From Eledone cirrhosa (taxonomy: Eukaryota), in NCBI GenBank assembly GCA_964016885.1, contig OZ024741.1, positions 329,344,001 through 329,408,000 of the forward strand: a stretch of 64,000 nt of DNA, read 5' to 3'. Under the pieces are notes generated by a model. That model searched no databases. It was not told the DNA's origin and saw only the letters and a program-made list of their open reading frames with translations. The translations under genes were made by a program, and so were the position numbers. Of the stretch, positions 1 through 13,624 are shown one piece after another. Position 1 is the stretch's first letter. The number at the start of each line of letters is the position of its first letter.

Positions 1-35
1 AAACGGCTTGAGCTCAGCCGTCGGGGTCCTACTCG

Positions 36-38
<3 letters not shown>
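1..38 (+). ncRNA. 3' half of a hammerhead ribozyme (family G), cut by the window edge
   Basis: (G)AAA-cggct-tgagctc-agccg-TC-ggggtcc gives GAAA, a 5-bp stem III, GUC and a stem I 3' strand. Same motif at 41775, 51343, 62990 (-) and 63047. Confidence 0.55.
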
Positions 39-101
<63 letters not shown>

Positions 102-159
102 ATATATTATATATCATATATATATATATATATATATTATATATCATATATATATATAT

Positions 160-220
<61 letters not shown>

Positions 221-280
221 CATATATATATATTATATATTATATATTATATATATATATTATATATTATATATATATAT

Positions 281-318
<38 letters not shown>
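39..318. repeat. (TA)n microsatellite, interrupted; one of dozens in the window
   Basis: Direct reading. Confidence 0.98.
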
Positions 319-321
<3 letters not shown>

Positions 322-1504
322 CTTCATTATAGTTATCTTTTTTATAGGACTCCAGGTTTATAGCAATTCATTCATTCATTTTAATCATTCATAGTTCTTT
401 TTATTTATCTATTTATTTATTGATGTATTTCTTTATTTCTTTATTTCTATATGGTTTTCCATTCCAAATGATACGTTATCGGCGACGATTAACTTCACAG
501 CTTGAGAAATCATATGACATTTTATATGAGCAAAGGTTACTGATCGTTGATAATTATCTGCTTTTCTCATTTCATGCGGATCTCGTAGGTGGATGCAGCC
601 TGGCTGAATGTTTAAGAGATTCTCTTAGTAACAATTAGATCCCGTGTTCGAACCCCGAGCGTTGTATGCTGGGCAAGTGTTTTTACCATAACTACGGGTC
701 CACCCATGCTTTGCGAGTGAAATTGGGTATATTGAAGTTATGAGATTCGCTTAACAATCATTAGTTCACGAATTCGATTCCAGAGAGTTTCATCTTGAGC
801 AAGTGTCATTTATTCGGGTCGACTCATACATTATGGCGGAAGTTGGGTGGACAGAAACAGTCAAACGGACTGTACCTGTAGTTCAAAGGGGACTAACGTT
901 GTCACACAGTTTGATGTTGAATATCCGGGGAAATTATGTTGAGTGTATACGTGTCATTGGAAAGATCCGTCATTTTTACATATGAATATTCACTCCACAT
1001 AGGTCTCGGTCCAGCGGCACTTTGGACAAGCTAGTCTACTATAAAACTTCGAATTGACCAATGCCTTATGAATAGAATTTGGTAAATAGAAACTGCAGGT
1101 GCCCATAGTATATGTGTGTATGTGTTTGTTCGTGTGTATGTGTCTGTGTCTATGTGTTCTGTATGTGTGTCTATGCATGTGTCTGTATGTGTGTGCATAT
1201 GCATTTGTATTTCTGTGTGTGTGTATGCCTCGTAACACAACAGTTCGACAAAAGGTGATCGATAAAATAAGTGGCAGACTTGAAAAACATAAATACTGGG
1301 AAGGAGGGAGGTCATTTTTATTCATTAAATCAAGGTGGTTTGATGACTGAACGAAGTAAAAAATATAGAGGAATAAAAGAATAAGAAATATAGAGCCGGT
1401 GTTCTACAGGCTAGATTTAATGCCTGAATTCTGAGCTAACAACGGCCATCACATCATGTAAGCTTTTTGTAACACCACAAACAATAAAAAAAATTGAAAT
1501 GTCT

Positions 1505-1700
1505 AATAATTGTTTCTACTTTTAGCACAAGGCCAGCAATTATCCCAGTGTATTACTGGTACTTTATTTTATCGACCCTGTAAGGATGAAAGGCAAAGTT
1601 AACCTCGGCGGGATTTGAACTCAGACCATAAAGGGCCGTAACTCTTTGCTGCAAAGCATGGCGTCAGACCCTCTACCGATGCTGCCAATCCACCAATTCT
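1505..1700 (-). mobile_element. tRNA-derived SINE family 1 (Meta-domain-like core)
   Basis: Minus strand: A box TGGCAGCATCGG, B box GAGTTCAAATCC, core GCCTTTCATCCTTACAGGGTCGATAAAATAAAGTACC, tail CCTTGTGCTAAAAGTAGAAACAATTAT. About 20 copies in the window. Confidence 0.9.
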
Positions 1701-2099
1701 CTCTAACATTGACACAAGGCCATCAATTTTGAGGAAGGGGAAAGTCGATTAAATCGACCCAGTACCACATACCACATCCCTACTCACAGCTATCGGTGTG
1801 AAGTTGACTACCCAACGAGCCAACTTCACAGGTGCGAGCCCTGCGAGGTGAAGTGACTGTTCCAGCGCGCCCCCCTCAACATTCTCCGGGGCAATGTCTT
1901 CTCCATCTTGTCCGCCGAGACCTCGTGGTTGACTGACCCTTAAGCTTTATTTATGGTGGTTGCCTGTGGAATATATATACTGAGGCTTTAGCACATAGTA
2001 ACTTCTTTTTTATTATTAGATGAACCAATACAATCCCCTATTATTACAGATTATTAAAACAAGCTGGACTTTTTCTTAAAATGACAAGAAAAAAACATA

Positions 2100-2742
2100 C
2101 TACATTATTTTATCGACCACGGTAGGTAAAAAGCAAAGTCGAACTCGATGGGATTTGATCTTTAAAATAATGTTTTCTGATTAAGGCACAAGACTAACAA
2201 GTTGATTATTTCGGCGCCAGTACTCAATTGCTACTTTATTTTATCGACCCTGGAAGGATGAAAGGTAAAGTTGACCTTGGCAGGATTTGAACTCAGAACG
2301 TAAAGAACCGGAACAAAGAACAAATATTATGAAGCATTTGTCCGACCCTCTTCCGATTCTGCCAATCTACCGGCCTTAATTGCTTCTATTTTGGCACAAG
2401 TCCAGCGATTTGAGGAAATGGAAAATCGATAATATCTACCCCAGTACGTGACTGGTATTTCATTCTATCGATGTCTAAAGGATGAAAGACGTAGTTGATC
2501 TCGGTAGGAATGAAATAAGAATATAGAGAGCCGTAAGGAAATACTACTAATAATTGTTTCTACTTTTGGCACAAGTCCAGCAATCACCCAGTGCATTACT
2601 GGTACTTTATTTCATCGACCCCATAAGGATGAAAGACAAAGTTAACCTCGGCGGGATTTGAACTCAGAATGGCAAGGGACGTAACTCCATACGTCAAAGT
2701 AAGGCGTCCGACCCTCTACTGATACTGCCAATCCACCGCCCT
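2100..2742 (-). mobile_element. Cluster of four SINE family 1 copies (one partial, two diverged, one young at 2550-2742)
   Basis: Repeated TTTATCGACC...GATGAAAG...GATTTGAACTC blocks. Confidence 0.85.
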
Positions 2743-2854
2743 AATACTACTAATAATAATTCATAATAATATCAACAAGGGTAGGGAAATCCCAGACTTC
2801 ATTCGCTTATTGAGTGGAGTGGAACTTGCCAAATTGAAAAAGAAAACAGTGTTT

Positions 2855-3030
2855 CAATGGGTCTTTCCTTTGCTGATACTATCTACCGGTCGCAACTCCT
2901 GGCAGAAAAAGGAACGTGAAATAAAGTGTCTTGCTCAAGGGTGTAACGTATCGTCTGGACCGGATATCGAACTCACAACCTCTCGATTGCGAATCCAATT
3001 CTCTAACATCTAAGTCACGCGCCTTCAACA
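2855..3030 (-). mobile_element. tRNA-derived SINE family 2
   Basis: Minus strand TGAAGGCGCGTGAC...GAGTTCGATATCC...CTTGAGCAAGACACTTTATTTCACGTT. Homologous to 10900-11070 and 59765-59948. Confidence 0.8.
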
Positions 3031-3646
3031 CAAGGATAATAAGATAAAAATAAAGCTACATTTATTAATAAAAATATTAATAAATATAGCTAACAACATT
3101 TAAAACAAGTAGAAAAATTATTTATACTAAGACAAATAAATTCGAAACAGAATAATGAGGCTTAATTTCTTTAATCTTGAACTAGTAATCGTGTTGTTGT
3201 TACTATTGTTATTCTTGTTCTTGTTGCTGTTGTAATTGTGACTCGGTTGGTTTTGTTATTTTTGCACTTATTTTTTGTGTTAATTTCGTCATTGTTTTTT
3301 GTGTGGTGTGTGTTTTTTGCTGTGTGTTTTTTATGAGTTGTTTATTCTTATCCTTGGCTTTGATCATCTGTCAGCCATTTTAGGCAGCTGTCATTAAGTA
3401 ATTTTCTATCTTGCAATCCCGAATTTATCTTGTGTCTCTCTCCTCCACTTTCCTTCGTCGTCGTTGATTTTATTAGAAATATGTATGTATGTGTGAGTGT
3501 TTATGTATTTATGTATGTGTAAGTGTGTGTGTATGAGTGTGTATGTGTGTGCGGTAATCATTATAATCGACTTTTACTAACAATATATGTTTCTCAGCAG
3601 TTATGACTACTTATATTGATATATATATATAGAGAGAGAGAGTGAT

Positions 3647-3725
<79 letters not shown>

Positions 3726-4023
3726 TACATATGCATATACATATATACATATACATGTATACATATACATATATATTATACACTCACACATACATTCCAA
3801 GTTTTAAACATTTAAATCTTACGTAGTTTGTTTTCTTTTTGTCTTGATGGCCTTGTGCCTAAATCAGAAACCCCCATTATTAGTATAAGTATTATTATTA
3901 CTATTATTATCCTTACAGGGTCGATAAAATAATGTACCAGTAATGCACTGGACTGGAGTAATTGCTGGCCTTGTGCGAAAAGTAGAAATATTATTATTAT
4001 TAGTAGTAGTAGTAGTCGTAGTC

Positions 4024-4085
<62 letters not shown>

Positions 4086-4629
4086 CAGATAATTCGAAAG
4101 AGATAATTAAAATCCTGAGCCTTCCACTCTTATACTCTAATATTAAACAATTAATCAACACAAATACTCACAACAAACACTTCCATAGTCTATAGTCATG
4201 TGATGGTGTGTGTGTGGGGGGAATCTTAAGCACTATAAGAGGATTACCATATTAAAACTTCTTATGTTTTACTTACGTTCAAGAATAATAACGGTTTCTG
4301 AAGCCGCTTGACAGTTGTTGACAACAACGCAAACTTAATGACATGTCTGTAAATATTACATAATTGTTTGTTTCGTTGGTTTTATTTGTTTTTGTTAATT
4401 TTTATAGCAAGAAATCTTTATTCAGTCAATTTCAAGGAAATTATACAATATTTGCAATATTGAATAATGAAAGTAAGGGGAATGGGAAGCGAGGAGAGTC
4501 AGATTATATGTCCCAGTCTCAGTGGTTTATCACAGCTGTGCGCTGTAGACACGATAGCGAAGGCATTACCACTGACAAAATAGCGAATGTATTGTGGGTG
4601 ACATGAGAGCGAAGACAGTGTCGCTGAGA

Positions 4630-6410
4630 AGTCACTGAAGGTATTGCCGCGGACAAGATAGCGAAGGTATTGCCACTGACGAGTTAGTGTGGGTATTGCC
4701 GCGGACAAGATAGCGAAGGTATTGCCACTGAAGAGTTAGCGTAGGTATTGCCGCGGACAAGATAGCGAAGGTATTGCCACTGAAGAGTTAGTGAAGGTAT
4801 TGCCGCGGACAAGATAGCGAAGGTATTGCCACTGAAGAGTTAGCGTAGGTATTGCCGCGGACAAGATAGCGAAGGTATTTCCACTGAAGAGTTAGCGTAG
4901 GTATTGCCGCGGACAAAATAGCGAAGGTATTGTCACTGAAGAGTTAGCGTGGGTATTGCCGTGGACAAGATAGCGAAGGTATTGTCGCTGAGAGTTAGCG
5001 TGGGTATTGCCGCGGAGAAGATAGCGAAGGTATTGTCGCTGAAGAGTTAGCGTGGGTATTGCCGCGGACAAGATAGCGAAGGTATTGTCGCTGAAGAGTT
5101 AGTGTGGGTATTGCCGCGGACAAGATAGCGAAGGTATTGCCACTGAAGAGTTAGTGTGGGTATTGCCGCGGACAAGATAGCGAAGGTATTGTCGCTGAAG
5201 AGTTAGCGTGGGTATTGCCGCGGACAAGATAGCGAAGGTATTGTCGCTGAAGAGTTAGCGTGGGTATTGCCGCGGACAAGATAGCGAAGGTATTGTCACT
5301 GAAGAGTTAGCGTGGGTATTGCCGCGGACAAGATAGCGAAGGTATTGTCACTGAAGAGTTAGCGTAGGTATTGCCGCGGACAAGATAGCGAAGGTATTGC
5401 CACTGACGAGTTAGTGAAGGTATTGCCGCGGACAAGATAGCGAAGGTATTGTCACTGAAGAGTTAGCGTGGATATTGCCGCGGACAAGATAGCGAAGGTA
5501 TTGTCACTGAAGAGTTAGCGTAGGTATTGCCGCGGACAAGATAGCGAAGGTATTGTCACTGAAGAGTTAGTGTGGGTATTGCCGCGGACAAGATAGCGAA
5601 GGTATTGTCACTGAAGAGTTAGCGTAGGTATTGCCGCGGACAAGATAGCGAAGGTATTGTCACTGAAGAGTTAGTGTGGGTATTGCCGCGGATAAGATAG
5701 CGAAGGTATTGTCACTGAAGAGTTAGTGTGGGTATTGCCGCGGACAAGATAGCGAAGGTATTGTCACTGAAGAGTTAGTGTGGGTATTGCCGCGGACAAG
5801 ATAGCGAAGGTATTGTCACTGAAGAGTTAGTGTGGGTATTGCCGCGGACAAGATAGCGAAGGTATTGCCACTGACGAGTTAGCGTAGGTATTGCCGCGGA
5901 CAAGATAGCGAAGGTATTGTCACTGAAGAGTTAGCGTAGGTATTGCCGCGGACAAGATAGCGAAGGTATTGCCACTGAAGAGTTAGCGTAGGTATTGCCG
6001 CGGATAAGATAGCGAAGGTATTGTCACTGAAGAGTTAGTGTGGGTATTGCCGCGGACAAGATAGCGAAGGTATTGTCACTGACGAGTTAGCGTGGGTATT
6101 GCCGCGGACAAGATAGCGAAGGTATTGCCACTGACGAGTTAGCGTGGGTATTGCCGCGGACAAGATAGCGAAGGTATTGCCACTGAAGAGTTGCGTGGGT
6201 ATTGCCGCGGACAAGATAGCGAAGGTATTGCCACTGAAGAGTTAGCGTAGGTATTGCGGCGGACAAGATAGCGAAGGTATTGCCACTGACGAGTTAGCGT
6301 AGGTATTGCCGCGGACAAGATAGCGAAGGTATTGCCACTGAAGAGTTAGCGTAGGTATTGCCGCGGACAAGATAGCGAAGGTATTGTCGCTGGTGAGTTA
6401 GCGTGGGTAT
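4630..6410. repeat. 52-bp tandem minisatellite (~34 units) built from two related 26-bp halves
   Basis: Unit GAAGAGTTAGCGTAGGTATTGCCGCG + GACAAGATAGCGAAGGTATTGCCACT, with few variable sites. Confidence 0.97.
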
Positions 6411-7509
6411 TGGAGTGGAGAACAGCTAACGACAACCGCTGCATTTGCATCTCTATGCCACACGCGATTCCATTTTCAGGTTGGATGCATACCTCCCAAA
6501 TTTGCGTGGGGTGAGGAAATGGCATTTCGAAGGATGAGGATACCAGAGGCGTGGAGAGTGACAGGTAGAAAAAGGAAGCAGATGGTGTACCTCGATATTT
6601 TGATACCTGAATTACATAAAATATCCACACGTAATCACGTCCAGAATATGCTTAATAAACATATATAGTCTTCACCTCTTAATGGCATCGTAGTTGCGCC
6701 ACTGTTATTTACGACGTATTTACTTGTATTTGAGTGAGGTCAAGTGGTTTTGTTCTTAGGATATTCCGCTCAAGAACCCTAGGGCGTAAGTTCAATATCG
6801 ACCAGCGTGGTGTGATCTTCAACAGGGCAATTTTATTTCACCTTGTTCCAGTTCCCTCAAACAGTAAAAAAAATTAGCCGTCTCTGTATTTCAAAGGTCC
6901 AGCCTTACCACACACTGTCTCACGCTGAATCTCCATTATGGGTACACGTGTCTGTAAAATGTTCTGCCACTTACACATACATTTCACCCCATCAGGCGCT
7001 TCCATTGTTCCAAAAATCGGAACACTGGTAATATCCATACACACACACGTGTACACACACACGCGCAAGTACACACATACACGCATGCACTTAGACACAG
7101 CATACGTTTGTATTTGTGACGACGTTCACCCATGCACAGAGATACACACAAACACACACACACAGACACACACAGCATACATTTCTATTTGTGACGACGT
7201 TCACCCAGGATGCGATTAGCCGGATCTATCCAGTGAGTCTACCGAGACCGCCCATGAACTGTGATCACAGGTTTCCGGCGCAGATATTATGGGTTGTCAG
7301 TCACGATTTCAACATCAGACACCATATTTGCGTGGGCTAAATAGTAACTCATTATTTTAATCCATATTTCAACATTAACATTTGAAAATCATACCACTGT
7401 GAAACCGATAAAGTTATTGTAAATATATCTTCATAAAGATTCCAATTGCACTTTCAACTTCTTTTTCCAATATTTTTACCTGTATGGTATTTAAAAAGAA
7501 GCTTTATTT

Positions 7510-7582
<73 letters not shown>

Positions 7583-7592
7583 TATATATATT

Positions 7593-7623
<31 letters not shown>

Positions 7624-7914
7624 GTATGTATGCATATATATACATATGTCTGTATGTATATATATATGTGTGTCTGTGTGTGTATTTTTATATTTTTTTA
7701 TTAAATGATTTGATTTATTAATTGGTTGATATCAGTTTTATTAATTTTATTGATAACTCTAATTAATATATTCAATTATTGATACTACACAACGACATCT
7801 GAATAAATATACTCTGTTTCTGGAACTCATTTTAGTTATCATTAAGATAGTGTATGGCACGCTGTTACACCGCCATTAGTACACAATGCATCTTGTGGTA
7901 GTGTGATGTATTAG

Positions 7915-7982
<68 letters not shown>

Positions 7983-8112
7983 TATCGTTTAAGGTAATCC
8001 AAGTAGAGTTCATGAATAATCTGTACAGTGGATGATTCTAACTCGATAAGATGTTTACTTAGTTGTGGTGTTATGGTGGCTGATTCCTAGGTAAGCAATT
8101 CCTGGAGTATTA

Positions 8113-8318
8113 ATAATGAAGGAGTGAAGAATAACATGGATAAGTTATACAGTAGGGTTTATTCCAAGTATTAACAAAATATTTTGATAATTTGGCTGGC
8201 TTTAACAGTACTTAAAATCGAATATCAAATCAGCACCGCAAATAGCAGTTTTTAGACAAACAGAGCTAATGGAATAAACCCTACTGTATAGCTTAGCCGT
8301 CTTATTCTTCACTCCTTC

Positions 8319-8323
<5 letters not shown>
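8113..8323. repeat. Inverted repeat (~54-bp arms) abutting (TA)n
   Basis: ATAATGAAGGAGTGAAGAATAA...CAGTAGGGTTTATTCCA vs TGGAATAAACCCTACTG...TTATTCTTCACTCCTTCATTAT. Confidence 0.85.
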
Positions 8324-8369
<46 letters not shown>

Positions 8370-8379
8370 AAAAAAGAAT

Positions 8380-8770
8380 GTATTCCAGTATAACCTGCCC
8401 CATGGTCGGGTCGTTGGCGACTAAACTGGCAACCCCACCAAGGTTTCTTGGTGAGGAGGGTGACTTTGGACATCCTGCAGGACTAAAAACAAAACCTGTC
8501 AAAGGGCAAAGGAGCTCTTAAGATTCAATGGCCATCCAAAATCACCGGGAGAGATGACCCCTTAGCCTTTGTCAAGGCAGAATTTTAGGAGAAGGAAAAC
8601 TCTGATATAACACCTGCAACTCTGATGGTATCCAATGATGTTGACTTGTTCTTCTTTTTGGTAAATATCATCTTGGTTAAGAGAGTGGGACTGGCTTTGT
8701 GCAGTGCCTTTGCTCACTATAAAAGCTTCACGGCACAGGCATTGCTTTATATCTGGAGATCTCTCTTCAT
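8380..8770 (+). mobile_element. Dispersed repeat resembling an RTE-type 5' region or RTE-related SINE
   Basis: Homologous blocks at 16340-16610, 49905-50030 plus 50150-50300, and 59975-60170 (GGCGACTAAAC..GGCAACCCCACCAAG; CTGATATAAAACCTGC). Family assignment is inference. Confidence 0.55.
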
Positions 8771-9156
8771 TTGTCGTCACATGGTACCATGGGCCCAGCA
8801 TTATGTGTCAATAATTGTCACAGGTGTAGTGTTTATACCAGAGTTTTCAAGTCGCTGGCTGGACTAAAAAGTCACTCTCGTTCAGCGCATCGGTAGGTGT
8901 TCTCCTACATGGATATAAAGTAGTGGCCGTACTCGAAAACGAGTTGGCAGCCACCATATATATACATGTGTGTGTGTATGTATGTATGTATGTATGTATG
9001 TATGTATGTATGTATGTATGTATGTATGTATGTATGTATGTATGTATGTATGTATGTATATATATATATGTGTGTGTGCGTGTGTGTGTGTGTATATGTA
9101 ATTAGCAAGTCGAATAGAACGGATATATATATATGTATATATATACATATATATAT

Positions 9157-9259
<103 letters not shown>

Positions 9260-9389
9260 TATATATATAGAGAAAGAGGGAGGAGTGAAAGTGAAAGAGA
9301 AAGCATTGTATCGATCTAAATTCCCCATTAGATATATATTAGAATATATATCTGAAACCCACACATTGACATACTCTCACCTTTCTGTT

Positions 9390-10530
9390 ACTGCTGTTGT
9401 TGTTGTTGTTGTTGTTTGTGATCTCATTTTGCATGTCAATGTAAATATTGCTAGTATTGATATTATCATCATCATCATCATTATCATCATCATTGCCATC
9501 GTCATTTTCATCACCATCGTCATCATCACTGTCCCTACACGCCATCACCACCATCAGTAACTACTCTACTACGTAAGTGTAATTTCCACTGCCAGCACAT
9601 CTTGCAACATCAGCATCATCATCAACATCCTCACCACAATTATCTTCATCATCATTATCTTCATCAACATCATCTTAGCCGTCATCACCATCACCATCGT
9701 CCTTTTTCTTTTACGAAAAACATCATCGTTATCATTACCGTCATCATTACCACCATCTCCATCATCATCATCATCACCGTCATCATCATTATCGTCATCA
9801 TCACCCTCATCACCATCATCATCACCATCATCATCATCGTCATCATCACCATCACTATCATCATTATAATGGCCACCGTCGTGGTGGTAGAAATTGTCAT
9901 TGCATCTGCAAGCTATCAAAGTCCGTTTATTGATTGTGTAAAAAGCAATCATTATCTGCATCAAAGGGTTTTCCTTCTTTCTGCTGCAGCATGCTGCCCC
10001 CTAACCACCCCCCTTACTATCACCGTCTGATGTTTTTCTCTATACCCTTCAGCTGGTTTGGCACAACTCCAGATGCAGTGAGTTCCCTCGGAGGGTCGCA
10101 GTTCAATTTCTGTTTTATACTCCTCAATGACAACAACAACAACAACAACAACAGCAGCAGCAGCAGCATCTACTGTATTAACTACACCAACAACAACAAC
10201 AATACCTATGGTACCAATACCATCAAGAATACAAAGGTAATATCACACAGTACCAACAATAACAACAGCATCAATATCAAAAAGCAGCACAACCACCATC
10301 AACAATATTAGCAATTCCATCAACAACACCAATAGTAATAAACCATCACTATCAACAACAACAACAAAAACACACTAACAAAATGCAACAAACAACACTA
10401 ACAATGACACCAACAATAATAACACCTAAAACAGCATCAATAACAACACCAACAACAATAACACCAAAAACACCATCAATAACAACACCGTCAACAGCAC
10501 CACCAACAACAACACCAACATTAACAATTT
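9390..10530. repeat. Degenerate (CAT)n and (CAA)n trinucleotide tracts around a ~230-bp unique island
   Basis: Direct reading. Confidence 0.9.
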
Positions 10531-10899
10531 CCCGAGCATGCTGGTAGACTCATTTGTGGGAACCGACGGAGATCCAATATATGCACAAACACATTAATTT
10601 CTAGATATCTGAATTATCATCATCATCATCACCATCAACATCATCAGGTTTCGCCTGTGCTCAGTTGTTTCAAAACTAAGGATTGGTCTAATGCCAGCCA
10701 TGATTAACTACGAGTGTTTACATGGTGGCGTTACAACTAAATTCATGGCGGCTGACATGCCCCAGCAAACTTTGAAACTCAGAATACCAAGAGCCCGAAC
10801 GTATTCTTCTTATTCTCTCTGAAATCGACCGACAAAGTCCAAGACCTAATTCGCTTACCGAGTTGGGGTAGAATTCGTCAAATTGAACCAAGTAAACAA

Positions 10900-11070
10900 T
10901 GTTTCCATTGGTGTTTCCATTGCTGATACTATTTACCGGTCTCAACTCCTCGCAGCGTGAAATAAAACGTTTTACCCAAAGACATAACGTTTCACTCGGT
11001 CCGAAAATCGAACTCGCAACCTCACGATTGCGAATCCAATTCTCTAAACATTAAGCCGCGTGGCTTCACA
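10900..11070 (-). mobile_element. SINE family 2
   Basis: Matches 2855-3030 and 59765-59948. Confidence 0.8.
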
Positions 11071-11647
11071 TATTCTAACACAAATCCTTTATAATGTTGT
11101 TCTCAGCCAAACAGGGAGTTTCAGACATGAAGAGACATTGGTATGTGGTTAAAAGGTTCACTTCACAACTATGGGATTTATAGTTCGATACCATTGAACT
11201 GCATGTTCGCTATGAGTGTTTTACCATAACATCGAGACAAACAAAGCGTTATTACTGATATTTAGTAGACGGAAACTCTATGGAAGCCTTGTTGATGAAT
11301 AGTTACTGTTTTTCTGTGCGTGCATATGGGAGGGGTGTAAGTGTGTGTAAGTATATGCATGTGTGAGGGTGTACGTGTGTGTGAGGGTGTGAGTATATGT
11401 GTGTGAGTGAGAGACAGGGAGAATATTTGTGATTTTGTTGTTTTAGAAAGGGGAGGCTCTTAATTATTGCTGATCGTATGTTAAGTGTTGATATTATGAT
11501 AAATAAACATACATATGTGTGTGTGTGTGTCTATATATATATATATTCTATTGACTTATATTCATCATGCAGAAACAACATCTGAATATTTCTACAAAGA
11601 ACATACCCGTACCAAGCAGGAAAACATACCTAAAGCTCCTGAGGGTA

Positions 11648-11898
11648 CGTTTCCACGAACCAAAGTATCGTCTTCCTGTCTTCCTCCGGTTGCAACGTTT
11701 TTTGAAATATTCACTTCTGCGTTCACAGATTGACTTTGTTTGTTTCAGAAGATCCCGTTAAGGGTGAAAGCAGCGATTCTTTGCTTAAACTTTAATCTGT
11801 TATTTTAATAAATATTTGCTCTACGGTTCTTATATATTTGATATATATTTATCCTTATCGAGCCCTCTTTGGATTTTAGTCTTCAAATGTATTATTAT

Positions 11899-11900
<2 letters not shown>
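11648..11900 (+). mobile_element. Solo Penelope-like 3' terminal (pLTR) fragment, family C
   Basis: Nearly identical to 48651-48905, which follows a GIY-YIG ORF. Ends in (TA)n. Confidence 0.85.
11742..11790 (+). ncRNA. Type I hammerhead-like motif, family C (core CAGAAGA, U4A variant)
   Basis: gttt-CAGAAGA-tccc gttaa gggt-GAAA-gca gcgattctt tgc-TT-aaac. Confidence 0.6.
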
Positions 11901-11968
<68 letters not shown>

Positions 11969-12144
11969 TGAAACAAAATGAAAACGAAATTTCATTTCTC
12001 ACTCTTAGTATGGCACTTATTAAATGTAAGTATGCATGTATACGTACATACACATATGTATACAGACGTACAGTAGCATGCACATATATATATATATATA
12101 TATACATATATACATACATATGCATACATGTACACATACATATA

Positions 12145-12381
<237 letters not shown>

Positions 12382-12394
12382 GTATATATATGTG

Positions 12395-12443
<49 letters not shown>

Positions 12444-13624
12444 GTATGTACATATATATATGTATGTACATATATATAGGTATATATATGTGTGTGTCTG
12501 TGTGTATGTGTGTATGTGTGTATGTATATATCAATACTATACAGCTGATTTCTTACCATCAAAGAACAACACTACAACACTATGCTACTCACACTAAAAG
12601 CCGGGGGTGAAGAGAGATCGGTGTGTAGAATAATAAAAACCATTCCATCATTTAAAAGGAGGATGTGGAGAGGTGAGATGAAAGTAAATAGCAAACAACA
12701 AATACAACATGCAAAATATCCGACTAGATTAGCAAAGAATATAAAAGAAGTGGAATGATGAAATGAAATGTTGAGTTGTTGAGGGATTGCCAAAATTGGA
12801 TTGTGGGCAAACGTTAAACTGGGAAACTATCTGATAATACCTCGTAGATGGTTAGATGCTTCGCAAATAAGCATTATGTATGTACGTGTGTATGTTGATA
12901 TGAAGGTATGTATGTATGTATATATGAATATATGCATGTAGGTAGATAGGTAGGTATGTATGTAGGTATGTATGCATGTATGTAGGTATGTATGTATGCG
13001 TGGACGGATGAATGGATGGATGTTTCTATGTACTATGTAGGTATGTATGTATGTATATATATATGTATGTATGTATCTATGTATGTGTATATATATATAT
13101 GTGTAAGTATGTATGTATAGGTATATATGTATATGTATATATGTATGTATAAGTATGCATGTTTGTATGCATGTAAATATGCTTGTAAGTATGTGTGTAT
13201 GCATGTATGGATCTATGCATGAATATACGTATGTATATGCATGTGTGTGAATATATGAATATATATATATAGTTCAAGAATAAACAAGACTAACACTGTA
13301 ATGCAAAGTCTTATCAGTTTCTCGTAGATATATGTGTGTTTGTGTGTCTATTTATATATAGATATATAGATATATATTAGAAAGTGAGTTTTTTTTACAA
13401 ACTGAAAAATAACCGAGGTGTCCTACACGAGTGAAAGTATAAAGAAAAAAAGATGAAATCGAAAATGCAACTGGAGTCTTATTTTTTTTTAATATATATA
13501 TATTTATTTGGTTCCTTTACCGGTTTCGCAGTTCTTCTGCTTTTCAAAATTAGAGTTGAGATGGAGGGTCTGTGGTTTTTCTCACATCTGGTTGGTCTTT
13601 GAATGTTACTTGTTTTATATGGAA

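Noticed and set aside
8-394. ORFs rich in YI, CV, HT, ER and LS dipeptides throughout the track
   Set aside because: They are translations of (TA)n, (TG)n and (GA)n microsatellites, which lack stop codons.
4630-6410. CRISPR array
   Set aside because: There are no unique spacers, it is a pure tandem repeat, the context is eukaryotic and there are no cas genes.
9569-10311. Asp-, His- or Asn-rich proteins
   Set aside because: They are frames of (CAT)n and (CAA)n tracts with no domain content.
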